A stretch of 64,000 bases of DNA from an uncultured beta proteobacterium (GCA_963779445.1 CAVZYI010000003.1:21047-85046), one strand, 5' to 3'; shown: positions 18,387 to 28,543, numbered from the stretch's first letter. The notes: a model not told the origin generated them from the letters alone. Program-made: numbers and translations.

Positions 18387-18905
18387 TCAGCGTTCGGCGA
18401 GCGGGCGCGCCATCACGTAATCGTCCATCACGTGCCCGCCGCCGATGTCGACGACGACGGCCTCGCGAACGGCGAAGCCGTGCTTTTCGTAGAAGCCGAT
18501 CGCCTGCGCGTTGCGCTTGTTGACGTTGAGGATCAGTGTCGTCGCGCCGGCGGCGCGCGCCTTGTCGACGACGCGGGCGACGAGCCGGCCGCCCGTCCCG
18601 TAGCGCTGGCGCGAGGGCAGCACGTAGAGCTTGTCGAGTTTCGCCTGCGCCGGACGGTCCGTCAGGCACCAGGCGGCGAAACCGGTGACGGCTTCGCCGG
18701 CGATGGCGAGCTCCAGTCCGCGGCCCGGCCTCCCGACGAAGGATTCCAGCACGTCGAGCGCGTAGCCGCGATCGAGCATGTACTCGATCTGCTCCGCCGT
18801 GATGATGGAAGGGTAGTGGGCACGCCAGATCGCGCCCGCGAGCCGCTGCACTTCAGGCAACTGGTCCCGACGGGCCGGGACGATGGCGATCGCAGGCTCG
18901 TGCAT
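18387..18905 (-). CDS. GNAT family N-acetyltransferase
   Basis: MHEPAIAIVPARRDQLPEV..., LYVLPSRQRYGTGGRLVARVVDKA (acetyl-CoA loop), GFYEKHGF. Confidence 0.8.
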   Translation of the reverse strand: MHEPAIAIVPARRDQLPEVQRLAGAIWRAHYPSIITAEQIEYMLDRGYALDVLESFVGRPGRGLELAIAGEAVTGFAAWCLTDRPAQAKLDKLYVLPSRQRYGTGGRLVARVVDKARAAGATTLILNVNKRNAQAIGFYEKHGFAVREAVVVDIGGGHVMDDYVMARPLAER

Positions 18906-19103
18906 CGGCGCGCGTGTCGGTCGAAAGAGGCGAAGCGAGCTTAGCATGCGGCGCCCGCTCCCGAACTCCGCGGTCTCCCGGGCCTAGCCCGCAAGGCCGC
19001 AGCGCGACGTCACGGTAGAATCGGATCTTTCGCCCGCCCGGGGCGGCTGCCGGCACCTCGCGGCGTCCATCCTGCCCATGCCCTTCGCCAGCGCCGCCCT
19101 CCG

Positions 19104-20795
19104 ATGACCGGGTCCGCCGCCTTGCCGCCGCGCCCGGTGCTGTGGGCCGTCTTTGCGTCCGTCGCGCTGCTCTGGTTCGCCACGGTTGCCGGCCGCAGCC
19201 TTGTGCACCCCGACGAAGGCCGCTACGCCGAAATCGCGCGCGAAATGGCCGAGAGCGGCGACTGGGTCACGCCGCGGCTCAACGGCCTCAAGTATCTGGA
19301 AAAGCCGCCGTTCCAGTACTGGATGACCGCCGCGGCCTACAAGGCGCTCGGCATCCACGAATGGTCGTCGCGCCTGTGGCCGGCACTCGCCGGTCTGCTG
19401 GGCGTTGCCGCCATCGGCGGCGCCGGTTTCGCCCTCGGCGGCGCGCCGCTCGGGGCCTTCGCCGCGCTGGCGCTCGCCGGAACGCTGTGGCACGCCGCGA
19501 TGGCGCAGATCGCGACGCTGGATTCCGGACTGTCGTTCTTTCTGGCCCTGGGCTTCGCCGGGCTCGTGATCGCGCAGCGCGACGAGTCGAGCGCCGGCCT
19601 GCGCCGCGCGTCGATGTGGGTGGCGTGGGCGGCACTGGCCGGGGCGACGCTGTCGAAAGGTCTCGTCGGCCTGGCGCTGCCAGCCGGTGCCCTGGTCGCC
19701 TACACGGCGATCACCCGCGACTACGCGCTGTGGCGCCGGCTGCATCTCGCCTCGGGCCTGGCCATCGCCGTCGCGCTGACCGCGCCGTGGTTTCTCGCCG
19801 TCGCCCGCGCCAACGGCGAATTCCTGCAGTTCTTCTTCGTGCACGAGCATTTCCAGCGCTTTCTCACCGACGAGCACAACCGCACGGGGGCGTGGTACTA
19901 CTTCATCCCGCTGCTGATCGCGGGCAGCCTGCCGTGGTTTCCGGTGCTCGCCTTCGGCGCGCGCCGCGCCTGGGTCGATGGCGCGCCCAACGCGAATGGA
20001 TTTTCCTGGCCGAGGTTCGCCCTCGTCTGGATCGCTTTCGTGTTCCTGTTCTTCAGCGCGTCGGGCTCGAAGCTGCCGTCGTACATCCTGCCGCTGTTCG
20101 CGCCGGCGGCGCTGATCGCGGCGTGGCTGCTGCTTTCGCTCGACGCGCGGACGCTCTACCGGCTGACGCTGCCGGGCGCCGTGGCGGCGGGCGCGGTGGC
20201 CGTCGCGATGCTCGCCTTCTACGACAGGCTCGCGCCACGATTCGCCGGTGCCCAGCCGGCGGAGGTCCTGCTCGCCTATGGCGCCTGGCTCAAGGCCGCG
20301 GCCGTCGTCGTGGCGACCGGCGCGGCCGCGGCGCTGGTCGCGTTCCGGCGCGCGAACGGGCCGACGACCGCGCGCTACTGGGGCGTGGCCGCGCTGGCGC
20401 TGTGCACGCTGGGCGGCGTGCAGCTGGCCGCCGCCGGATTCGAGGTGTTCAGCACGACGCGATCGACTTCGGCTATCCTGCGCGCGGCACAACGCGAAGC
20501 GCCGTTCGCCGCCGGCGCGCCTTTCTATCAGGTACAGATGTACGACCAGACCGCTCCGTACTATCTCCGTCGCACGACGACGCTGGTGGCGTTCCGCGAC
20601 GAGCTTGCGCTCGGGATAGACGCCGAGCCCGAACGGCAGATCGCCAGCGTCGAGGACTGGCTCGCGCAGTGGCAGGGCCTGGCGCAGGGCTACGCCCTGA
20701 TGGCGCCGGCGGAGCACGAGCGGCTGGCGGCGGCCGGCGTTCCGATGCGACTGCTGGCGCGCGATTCGCGCCGCGTCGTGGTGAGCCGGCGATGA
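19104..20795 (+). CDS. arnT: Undecaprenyl-phosphate-L-Ara4N:lipid A transferase ArnT (GT39-like)
   Basis: 563 aa polytopic protein. LVHPDEGRYAEIAREMAESGDWVTPRLNGLKYLEKPPFQYW. First gene of the arn cluster. Confidence 0.85.
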   Translation: MTGSAALPPRPVLWAVFASVALLWFATVAGRSLVHPDEGRYAEIAREMAESGDWVTPRLNGLKYLEKPPFQYWMTAAAYKALGIHEWSSRLWPALAGLLGVAAIGGAGFALGGAPLGAFAALALAGTLWHAAMAQIATLDSGLSFFLALGFAGLVIAQRDESSAGLRRASMWVAWAALAGATLSKGLVGLALPAGALVAYTAITRDYALWRRLHLASGLAIAVALTAPWFLAVARANGEFLQFFFVHEHFQRFLTDEHNRTGAWYYFIPLLIAGSLPWFPVLAFGARRAWVDGAPNANGFSWPRFALVWIAFVFLFFSASGSKLPSYILPLFAPAALIAAWLLLSLDARTLYRLTLPGAVAAGAVAVAMLAFYDRLAPRFAGAQPAEVLLAYGAWLKAAAVVVATGAAAALVAFRRANGPTTARYWGVAALALCTLGGVQLAAAGFEVFSTTRSTSAILRAAQREAPFAAGAPFYQVQMYDQTAPYYLRRTTTLVAFRDELALGIDAEPERQIASVEDWLAQWQGLAQGYALMAPAEHERLAAAGVPMRLLARDSRRVVVSRR

Positions 20796-21163
20796 GCTAC
20801 GCCGCCCTCGCCTTCCTGATGACCGGCGTGCTGCTCAATGCCGGCGCGCAGCTCCTGCTCAAGGCCGGGACCAATGCGATGGGCGTCATCACGCTGACGC
20901 GCGACACCTGGCTCGAGACGATCGTGAAAATGGCGACGCAGCTGCCGTTCGCGCTGGGCGCCCTGTGCTACGTGCTGAGCCTGTTCGTCTGGATACTGGG
21001 CTTGTCGAGGGTGCCCGTCTCGGTCGCCTATCCGCTGCTGTCGGTCGGCTACGTCGTCAACGCCATCGCCGCGCATTACCTGTTCGGCGAAGCGGTCACC
21101 ATGACGCGATGGCTCGGCATCGGCTTCATCGTCGTCGGTGTGTGGCTGGTCGCCAGGAGCTGA
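20792..21163 (+). CDS. SMR/EamA-like small membrane protein, ArnE/ArnF-type flippase subunit (only one copy present)
   Basis: 123 aa, 4 TM. MSYAALAFLMTGVLLNAGAQLLLKAG...VSVAYPLLSVGYVVNAIAAHYLFGE. ATGA overlap with the arnT stop. Confidence 0.7.
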   Translation: MSYAALAFLMTGVLLNAGAQLLLKAGTNAMGVITLTRDTWLETIVKMATQLPFALGALCYVLSLFVWILGLSRVPVSVAYPLLSVGYVVNAIAAHYLFGEAVTMTRWLGIGFIVVGVWLVARS

Positions 21164-21179
21164 AGCGGCAGGCAAGCGG

Positions 21180-22319
21180 ATGGAAGCGCCCCCCTACCTC
21201 AAGTTCGCCGGTCCGGTCCTCGACGAAGCGACGATCGCCGAAGTCGCCGGCGTGTTGCGCTCGGGCCAGCTGACCAGCGGGCCCTGGGTGCGGAAATTCG
21301 AAGCGGCGCTGTCCGAACACTGCGGCGGGCGCCCCGTCCGGGTGTTGACGTCCGCCACGGCAGCCATCGAGGTCGCGCTGCAGCTCGCGGGGATCGGACC
21401 GGGCGACGAGGTGATCACCTGCGCCCAGAGCTTCTTCACGGTGCTCAACATGATCGTCAAGGTCGGCGCGGCGCCGGTGTTCGTCGACTGCGACCTCGTT
21501 ACGAGGAACATCGATCTCGCGGCCGTCGAGGCGGCGATCACTCCGCGGACGAAGGCGATCATGCCGACGCACTGGCCGGGCTCGCTCGTCGACCTCGATG
21601 CGCTGTACGCGACCGCGCAACGGCATGGCCTGCGGGTGATCGAGGATGCCGCGCTGGTCCTGGGCTCGCGCTGGCGGGAACGCAACGTCGGCGCGATCGG
21701 GGACCTGGTCACGTTCAGCTTCCACCCGAACAAGAACATCACGTCGATCGAGGGCGGCGCGCTGGTGTTCAACGACGCCGGCGACGCGAAGAACATCGAG
21801 GCGCTGCGCTTCCACGGGATCGGCTACCTCGCCGACGGCACCCGCGACGTGGCCTTCCCCGGCGGCAAGTTCAATCTGCCCGACGTCAACGCGCGGATCG
21901 GGCATGCGCAGCTCGCGCGGCTGCCCGAATTCCTGTCGACCCGCCGGGCGCTGGCCGGCCGTTACTTCGAGCGCCTGGCGAGCGATCCCGCGTGCCTGCT
22001 CCCGCCCGAGCCGCGCGACGGCGACGGCCAGTCCTGGAACATGTTCGCCGTGCTGCTCCCGCTCGACGCGCTACGCATCACGCGCCGGCAGTTCCGCGAC
22101 GCGCTGGACGCCCGGGGCATCGGCACCGGTGTATCGTACGAGGCGCTCCACCTTTCGACGCTGGGCCGGCGCCACGGCGGCCGGACCGGCGACCATCCGA
22201 ATGCCGAGCGCATTGCCCGCGAGACCGTGACGCTGCCGCTGCATGCGGCGATGACCCTGGCCGACGTCGACCGCGTGTGCGCCGCGGTCGGCGGCGTCAT
22301 CGCCGCAGCGCGCACCTGA
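21180..22319 (+). CDS. arnB: UDP-4-amino-4-deoxy-L-arabinose--oxoglutarate aminotransferase (DegT/DnrJ/EryC1 family)
   Basis: LKFAGPVLDEATIAEVAGVLRSGQLTSGPWVRKFE, FSFHPNKNITSIEGGALVF (PLP lysine). Confidence 0.85.
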   Translation: MEAPPYLKFAGPVLDEATIAEVAGVLRSGQLTSGPWVRKFEAALSEHCGGRPVRVLTSATAAIEVALQLAGIGPGDEVITCAQSFFTVLNMIVKVGAAPVFVDCDLVTRNIDLAAVEAAITPRTKAIMPTHWPGSLVDLDALYATAQRHGLRVIEDAALVLGSRWRERNVGAIGDLVTFSFHPNKNITSIEGGALVFNDAGDAKNIEALRFHGIGYLADGTRDVAFPGGKFNLPDVNARIGHAQLARLPEFLSTRRALAGRYFERLASDPACLLPPEPRDGDGQSWNMFAVLLPLDALRITRRQFRDALDARGIGTGVSYEALHLSTLGRRHGGRTGDHPNAERIARETVTLPLHAAMTLADVDRVCAAVGGVIAAART

Positions 22320-22348
22320 ACGCCGCCCCGAAAGCGACAGCGACGACG

Positions 22349-23341
22349 ATGCAAACCCCGCAGCTCTCGGTCGTGATCCCGGTCTACAACGAGTCGGACA
22401 GCCTGAGGGCCCTGTTCGCGCGGCTCTATCCGGCGCTGGACGCGCTGAAGATCCCCTACGAGATCATCTTCGTCGACGACGGCAGCCGCGACCGCACGGC
22501 GGCGCTGCTGCGCGAGCAATTCCAGCTCCGGCCGGATGTCACGCGCGTCGTTCTCTTCAACTCCAACTACGGCCAGCACCCGGCGATCGTCGCCGGATTC
22601 GAGCGCTGCCGCGGGGCGCGCGTCGTGACGCTGGATGCCGACCTGCAGAATCCGCCCGAGGAAATCGGCAAGCTGCTGGCGGCGATGGACGCCGGCCACG
22701 ACTACGTCGGCGGCGTGCGCCGCACGCGTGAGGATTCCTGGTGGCGAGGCGCGGCGTCGGTGGCGATGAACCGGCTGCGCGAGAGGATCACGCGGATCAC
22801 GATGACCGACCAGGGCTGCATGCTGCGCGCCTACAGCCGCGACATCGTCGACGCGGTCGCCGCGAGCCGCGAGGTCAGCACCTATATCCCGGCGCTGGCG
22901 TACACCTACGCGAACAACCCGACGGAGGTCGAGGTGGCGCATGCGGAGCGCGCCGCCGGAGATTCGAAATACTCGCTGTACAAGCTGATCCGGCTCAATT
23001 TCGATCTGGTCACCGGCTTTTCGCTCGTGCCGCTGCAGCTGTTCTCGATGTTCGGGATGTTCGTGTCGGCGATCGCGCTCGTCACCTACCTGATCGTGAT
23101 CGTCTACCGCCTCGTCTTCGTCGAGTGGCGCGGCGGACTGGGCGGGCTGGGCCTGCTGTGGGACCGTGACATCCTCGCCTTCTTCCTCGTCGGGATGCTC
23201 CTCTTCGGGCTCGGTCTCATCGGCGAATACGTCGGGAGGATCTACCAGCAGGTGCGCGAGCGGCCGCGCTATACCGTCCGCGCGGTGCTGGAGTCCGGCG
23301 AAGCCCCGGTGCGCGACCGCGCGACGCAGTCGACGCCTTGA
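22349..23341 (+). CDS. arnC: Undecaprenyl-phosphate 4-deoxy-4-formamido-L-arabinose transferase (GT2)
   Basis: LSVVIPVYNESDSL, IIFVDDGSRD, LDADLQNPPEEI, C-terminal TM helices. Confidence 0.85.
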   Translation: MQTPQLSVVIPVYNESDSLRALFARLYPALDALKIPYEIIFVDDGSRDRTAALLREQFQLRPDVTRVVLFNSNYGQHPAIVAGFERCRGARVVTLDADLQNPPEEIGKLLAAMDAGHDYVGGVRRTREDSWWRGAASVAMNRLRERITRITMTDQGCMLRAYSRDIVDAVAASREVSTYIPALAYTYANNPTEVEVAHAERAAGDSKYSLYKLIRLNFDLVTGFSLVPLQLFSMFGMFVSAIALVTYLIVIVYRLVFVEWRGGLGGLGLLWDRDILAFFLVGMLLFGLGLIGEYVGRIYQQVRERPRYTVRAVLESGEAPVRDRATQSTP

Positions 23342-23390
23342 CGGGTCGCCCCGCTGCGGCCACCGCTTCCGCCGTGACATCCTCGCCCTC

Positions 23391-24329
23391 ATGACCCGCG
23401 CCGTCGTCTTTGCGTATCACAACGTAGGCGTCCGGGGACTGGCCGTCCTTAGGGCGCACGCGATCGACGTTCCGCTGGTCGTCACCAACGCCGACAGCCC
23501 CGGCGAGAACATCTGGTTCGGCTCGGTGTCGGCAGCCGCCGCCGAAAGCGGCATCGCAACTGTCACTCCCGACGATCCCAATGCGCCCGAGGTCGTGGCC
23601 CGGATCGCCGCGCTGAAGCCGGATTTCCTGTTCTCGTTCTACTATCGCAGGATGCTGCACTCGCCGCTCCTGGCGCTGCCCGCGCGCGGCGCGCTCAACC
23701 TGCACGGCTCGCTGCTGCCGAAATTCCGCGGGCGCGCACCCGTCAACTGGGCCGTGCTGCACGGCGAGCGCGAGACAGGCGCCACGCTGCACTACATGAC
23801 GGAGAAGCCGGACATGGGCGACATCGTCGCGCAGACCGGGGTCCCTATCCTGCCCGACGACACCGCGCGCGAAGTCTTCGACAAGGTGACCGTCGCCGCC
23901 GAGATCACGCTCGACAGGGTGCTGCCCGCGCTGCTCGCCGGCGCCGCCCCGCGGCAGCCGCAGGACGCTTCGGCGGGCAGCTATTTCGGGGGCCGCCGGC
24001 CGGCGGACGGCATCATCGACTGGACCCGCGATGCGGGCGCGATCCACAACCTGGTCCGCGCGGTCGCGCCGCCGTATCCCGGCGCGTTCACCGCGGTCGG
24101 CGGCGTGCGCGCGCGCGTGCTGAGGACGCGGATGCTCGATGCCGGCACGGCGCCGACGCTCGCGCCAACGCTGGCGGCGCGTGACGGACGCCTGCAGGCG
24201 CATTGCGGCGGCGGCGGCATGCTGCAGGTTCTGGCGCTGGAACTCGAGGATGGCGCATCCTCGCCGACCGGTTTCACGGCGCGTTTCGGGACCGCCCCGG
24301 TCCCGCTCGGCAGCCCCGACCCCGCATGA
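23391..24329 (+). CDS. arnA: UDP-L-Ara4N formyltransferase (stand-alone ArnA N-terminal domain)
   Basis: MTRAVVFAYHNVGVRGL..., NLHGSLLPKFRGRAPVNWAVLHGE, TGATLHYM. Confidence 0.85.
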   Translation: MTRAVVFAYHNVGVRGLAVLRAHAIDVPLVVTNADSPGENIWFGSVSAAAAESGIATVTPDDPNAPEVVARIAALKPDFLFSFYYRRMLHSPLLALPARGALNLHGSLLPKFRGRAPVNWAVLHGERETGATLHYMTEKPDMGDIVAQTGVPILPDDTAREVFDKVTVAAEITLDRVLPALLAGAAPRQPQDASAGSYFGGRRPADGIIDWTRDAGAIHNLVRAVAPPYPGAFTAVGGVRARVLRTRMLDAGTAPTLAPTLAARDGRLQAHCGGGGMLQVLALELEDGASSPTGFTARFGTAPVPLGSPDPA

Positions 24330-25021
24330 CGCACGATTCCGATCGCGTCGAACTCGACACCCGCGGCCTCGGCAAGAACCGGATCGAGGCGCTCGCCGAC
24401 GGCATCTTCGCCGTGTCGATGACGCTGCTCGTCCTCGACATCAAGGCGCCGGATGCGCCCTGGCTCGACTCGAACCGGACGCTCATCGAGCACCTGGCCA
24501 CCCTCGAGCACAGCTTCGCGATGTACGTGATCAGCTTCTTCGTCCTCGCGATCTTCTGGGTCGCGCATCACACGCTGTTTCATTTCGTCCGCCACATGGA
24601 CCGCCGCCTGCTGTGGATCAACCTGGCGTTTCTGCTGCTGGTCACCTGCGTCCCGTTCTCGACCGACCTGCTCGGCGACCACGGGCACCTCAGCCTTCCG
24701 GTGCTGATCTACGGGGTCAACCTGCTGGCGCTGGGGGCGCTGCTCCGTTTCCATGTACGCTGTCTGGCGGCGAACCCGCACCTGGCCACCCCCGATCTCA
24801 CCGCCGAAACCATTGCGCACATGCGCCGCGAGGTCGGCGTGTATGCGCTGATACCGGTGGCCTCGATCGCCGTCTCGCTCTACAGCCCGCGGCTGGGTAT
24901 GTACACCTACCTGCTGCTCGCCATCCCGACGTTCAGCCCGAGCCGCCTCGACCGCGTCATCCGGCCGGCGACGGTCGCCCGGCCCGGCCACTCTTCGGAA
25001 GACACATGCGAAAAATCCTGA
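24326..25021 (+). CDS. TMEM175/DUF1211 family membrane protein (K+ channel-like), embedded in the arn operon
   Basis: 231 aa. RIEALADGIFAVSMTLLVLDI, SFFVLAIFWVAHHTLF, about 6 TM. ATGA overlap with the formyltransferase stop and a 16-nt overlap with the next gene. Confidence 0.7.
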   Translation: MTHDSDRVELDTRGLGKNRIEALADGIFAVSMTLLVLDIKAPDAPWLDSNRTLIEHLATLEHSFAMYVISFFVLAIFWVAHHTLFHFVRHMDRRLLWINLAFLLLVTCVPFSTDLLGDHGHLSLPVLIYGVNLLALGALLRFHVRCLAANPHLATPDLTAETIAHMRREVGVYALIPVASIAVSLYSPRLGMYTYLLLAIPTFSPSRLDRVIRPATVARPGHSSEDTCEKS

Positions 25022-26049
25022 TCCTCGGCGTGAACGGCTTCATCGGCCACCACCTCTCCCGGCGCATCCTCGACGCGACCGACTGGGAGATCTACGGCAT
25101 GGACATGCAGACCGACCGCCTCGCCGACCTGCTCGACGACCGGAGGTTCCGCTTCTTCGAGGGCGACATCACCATCAACAAGGAGTGGATCGAGTACCAC
25201 ATCAAGAAATGCGACACGGTGCTGCCGCTGGTGGCGATCGCCACCCCCGCCACCTACGTCCGCGAGCCGCTGCGCGTGTTCGAACTCGACTTCGAAGCGA
25301 ACCTTCCCATCGTGCGGCAATGCGTCCGGCACCGGAAGCGGATCATCTTCCCGTCGACTTCCGAGGTCTACGGCATGTGCGGCGACGCGCTGTTCGATCC
25401 CGAAGAGTCGAACCTGGTGCTCGGTCCGATCAACAAGCCGCGCTGGATCTATTCGTGCGCGAAGCAGTTGATGGATCGCGTGATCCACGCCTACGGCATG
25501 CAGGAGGGCCTCGACTACACGCTGTTCCGGCCATTCAACTGGATCGGCGCCGGGCTCGATTCGATCAATACCGCCAAGGAAGGCAGCTCCCGCGTCGTCA
25601 CCCAGTTCCTCGGGCACATCGTGCGCGGCGAGGAGATCAAGCTGGTCGACGGCGGCACCCAGAAGCGCGCCTTCACCTACATCGACGACGGCATCGATGC
25701 GCTGCTGAAGATCATCGCCAACGAAGGCGGGATCGCCACCGGCAGGATCTACAACATCGGCAATCCGGACAACAATTTTTCCGTGCGCGAGCTGGCGACG
25801 ATGATGGTCGACCTGGCGCTCAGCTATCCTGAGTACCGCGAAAGCGCCGCGCGCGTGACCATCGTCGAGACGACCTCGTCCGATTACTACGGCAGCGGAT
25901 ACCAGGACGTGCAGAACCGCGTGCCGATGATCGCCGGAACGCGCGCGGACCTCGACTGGACGCCGACGGTGCCGATGGACGAGGCGCTGAAGCGCATCTT
26001 CGACGCCTACCGCGGGCAGGTGGCGGAAGCCCGGAGGCTGGTAGAGTGA
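25006..26049 (+). CDS. arnA: UDP-glucuronate oxidative decarboxylase (stand-alone ArnA C-terminal domain, extended SDR)
   Basis: MRKILILGVNGFIGHHL (GxxGxxG), FPSTSEVYG, YSCAKQLMDR (YxxxK). Confidence 0.85.
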   Translation: MRKILILGVNGFIGHHLSRRILDATDWEIYGMDMQTDRLADLLDDRRFRFFEGDITINKEWIEYHIKKCDTVLPLVAIATPATYVREPLRVFELDFEANLPIVRQCVRHRKRIIFPSTSEVYGMCGDALFDPEESNLVLGPINKPRWIYSCAKQLMDRVIHAYGMQEGLDYTLFRPFNWIGAGLDSINTAKEGSSRVVTQFLGHIVRGEEIKLVDGGTQKRAFTYIDDGIDALLKIIANEGGIATGRIYNIGNPDNNFSVRELATMMVDLALSYPEYRESAARVTIVETTSSDYYGSGYQDVQNRVPMIAGTRADLDWTPTVPMDEALKRIFDAYRGQVAEARRLVE

Positions 26050-26168
26050 CGGCCTGCGCCCGTCGGGAAATCAGAATCGGACTCGACTTTCCGAACGCGA
26101 TTTCCCCGGGTGCCGGTTTGCGGAAAGACCGATTCCGACGCTGATTCCCGACGCTGGCCCATCGATTC

Positions 26169-27100
26169 GTGCTGCTCGCCCTCAAGATCGACGTCGACAC
26201 GCTTCGCGGCACGCGCGAGGGCGTCCCCAACCTCGTCGCGCAGCTGAAGAAGCACGGGTCCCGCGCGACGTTCCTTTTTCGCTCGGCCCGGACCATACCG
26301 GGCGCTCGATCCGGCGGGCGTTCCGGCCGGGATTCATCGGCAAGGTCAGGCGCACGTCGGTGGTCAGGCACTACGGCGTCAGGACGCTGCTCTACGGCAC
26401 GCTGCTGCCGGGGCCGGACATCGGGCGCCGCACCGCGGGCATCATGCGCGGCGTGCGCGACGCCGGCTTCGAGACCGGCATCCACGCCTGGGATCACGTC
26501 CGGTGGCAGGACGGCGTCGCCACCGCCGACGCGGCCTGGACACGCGCGGAAATGCACCGCGCCTGCGAGCGCTACACCGACATCTTCGGCACGGCCCCGC
26601 TGACGCACGGCGCCGCCGGCTGGCAGATGAACGTCCACGCGCTGCGGCTCACGCAGCGCCTCGGCTTCGAGTATTGCTCCGATGGCCGCGGCACGCACCC
26701 GCACCTGCCGGTGTGGAACGCCGAACTCATCCGCTGCCCGCAACTGCCCACGACGCTGCCGACGCTGGACGAGCTGATCGGGCGCGACGGCATCACCGAG
26801 GACAACGTCGCCGCGCACCTCCTCGAAATGACCCGGGAGGGAGCCGGCGCCGGCCATGTCTTCACCCTGCACGCGGAACTCGAAGGCATGCGGCTCGCAC
26901 CCGCCTTCGAGAAGCTGCTGGCGGGGTGGAAGGCGCAAGGCTGGAAACTCGTCTCGACCCGCACGCTGTTCGAGACGCTGCAGCCGTTCGCGCTGCCGCG
27001 CTGCGAGGTCCATCCGGGAAGCGTCGCCGGTCGCGGCGGGACGCTGCTGGTCCAGGGCCGCGAATTCCTCGGCGACGGCAGCGTCGCGCGCGCCGCCTGA
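26169..27100 (+). pseudogene. arnD: 4-deoxy-4-formamido-L-arabinose-phosphoundecaprenol deformylase ArnD; 1-nt frameshift at the T-run 26275-26279 as assembled
   Basis: GTG start, [36 protein letters not shown]. Frame then changes to [42 protein letters not shown]...[10 protein letters not shown] (ORF 26360..27100). Confidence 0.75.
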
Positions 27101-27129
27101 TCCCTGATCCCGTCCAAGGAGGATTTCCC

Positions 27130-27585
27130 ATGCTCGGAACCAAGGTCGCCCGATTCACCGCAGCCGCGACCGGCGGCGCCGCATTCGATCTGTCGAGCCA
27201 CATGGGGCACCCCGTGGTGCTGTACTTCTACCCGAAGGACAACACCCCCGGCTGCACGCAGGAAGGCGCCGATTTCCGCGACCTGCACGGGAAATTCGCG
27301 AAGCTCGGCGCCGTCGTCGCGGGCATCTCGCGCGACAGCATTAAGGCGCACGAGGCGTTCAAGGCGAAGATGGGGTTCCCCTTCGATCTCATTTCCGACG
27401 CCGACGAGAAGCTGTGCGCGCAATTCGGGGTGATCAAGATGAAGAACATGTACGGCAAGAAGGTGCGCGGCATCGAGCGCAGCACGTTCCTGATCGACGG
27501 CAAGGGCATCCTCGTCCGCGAATGGCGCGGGCTGAAGGTCGCCGGCCACGCGGCCGAGGTGCTCGAGGCCGTCAAGGCGCTGTGA
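27130..27585 (+). CDS. bcp: Peroxiredoxin Bcp (thiol peroxidase)
   Basis: VVLYFYPKDNTPGCTQE (peroxidatic Cys), FPFDLISDADEKLCAQFGV, RSTFLIDGKG. Confidence 0.85.
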   Translation: MLGTKVARFTAAATGGAAFDLSSHMGHPVVLYFYPKDNTPGCTQEGADFRDLHGKFAKLGAVVAGISRDSIKAHEAFKAKMGFPFDLISDADEKLCAQFGVIKMKNMYGKKVRGIERSTFLIDGKGILVREWRGLKVAGHAAEVLEAVKAL

Positions 27586-27658
27586 CCGTCCGCCCCGCGC
27601 AGCTGACGGACCGCGTCCGGCCGCGCCCTTCGCAGTATTCCGCCCGCGCTGACCGGAC

Positions 27659-28105
27659 TCAGTCGTCCGCGACGGTGAACACCGTGAGCCCGGCGTTCAT
27701 CAGCCACCACTTCCATTTGGCGACGGCACGATACGGAAGAATTCCCTCGACCGCGGCCCGGGTCGGGCGGCCCTTCACCATCTCGAACGCGATCGACGGC
27801 TGCTGATCGACCGCGGCATTGCACGACCAGTTGTCGCGATCGACCACGGTGCAATCGCTGTACTTGCCCGACGGCGCGTTCGAATCCCTGATCCAGTAGA
27901 TGACCTCGTGCCGGCGCACGCTGGCGCGGAACGCGTACCTCTCTCCGGGCGCCAGGTGTCCGGTGCAATGCGCCACCTGCCAGGTCCCCTGCACGCAGCG
28001 GACAGTGAAAATCGTGCGCTCGCCCTGGAGGGTGATCCGATCGCTCGCCCACAGCGGAATCGCCACAAGGGCGGCGAAGAGCATTCCGACGATCAGTCTG
28101 CGCAT
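27659..28105 (-). CDS. Hypothetical exported protein (signal-peptide-like N-terminus, 4 Cys)
   Basis: 148 aa. MRRLIVGMLFAALVAIPLWASD.... No family recognised. Confidence 0.4.
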   Translation of the reverse strand: MRRLIVGMLFAALVAIPLWASDRITLQGERTIFTVRCVQGTWQVAHCTGHLAPGERYAFRASVRRHEVIYWIRDSNAPSGKYSDCTVVDRDNWSCNAAVDQQPSIAFEMVKGRPTRAAVEGILPYRAVAKWKWWLMNAGLTVFTVADD

Positions 28106-28456
28106 CGAGGAAATCCACCGAAAATGCCGCCGGGAAGGCGGCGGCCGTCCCGTCTCGACCGGTCGGCGCCGCGGCGCGGCCTCCCCGCCGGGTCGAGTCG
28201 CGATGGCGCATTGCCCGCGAGCATCGCCGCTGACGTCGGCGCCGGACGGACCGCGTTCGCGTCGCAGCCTGCTGAAGTCTACGCCGTCGCGGCGACTTCA
28301 CCGAGGGTCCCGGCGTTCGCAGCTGCTCGGGCGTCGCCGCGTCCCGCGCGCGCCTCCGCGAGTCGCGGGTGCCGTCAACCCGGGCGCCGGGTCCGCGGCG
28401 TCGTGAACAAAACACCACAACCTGTGGCAGCGGTCGGCCGATCGGACCACCACCCC

Positions 28457-28486
28457 TTGTGCGGGACGGCGCCGCGGCGCTAGCAT
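28457..28486 (+). promoter_or_regulatory. Candidate sigma70 promoter for the PhoH-like gene
   Basis: TTGTGC (28457-28462), 18-nt spacer, TAGCAT (28481-28486). RBS aaggagg at 28533-28539 before ATG 28544. Confidence 0.3.
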
Positions 28487-28543
28487 GGGCGCGAAGTCGC
28501 CGTCTTCCGTCCACCGCCGCACAGAGAAGCACCAAGGAGGCCC

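Noticed and set aside
19142-21163. 673-aa ORF in an alternative frame across arnT
   Set aside because: Arg/Gly-rich nonsense for about 550 codons. Only its last 123 codons (20792-21163) are the real ArnE/F-like gene; arnT is the 19104..20795 frame.
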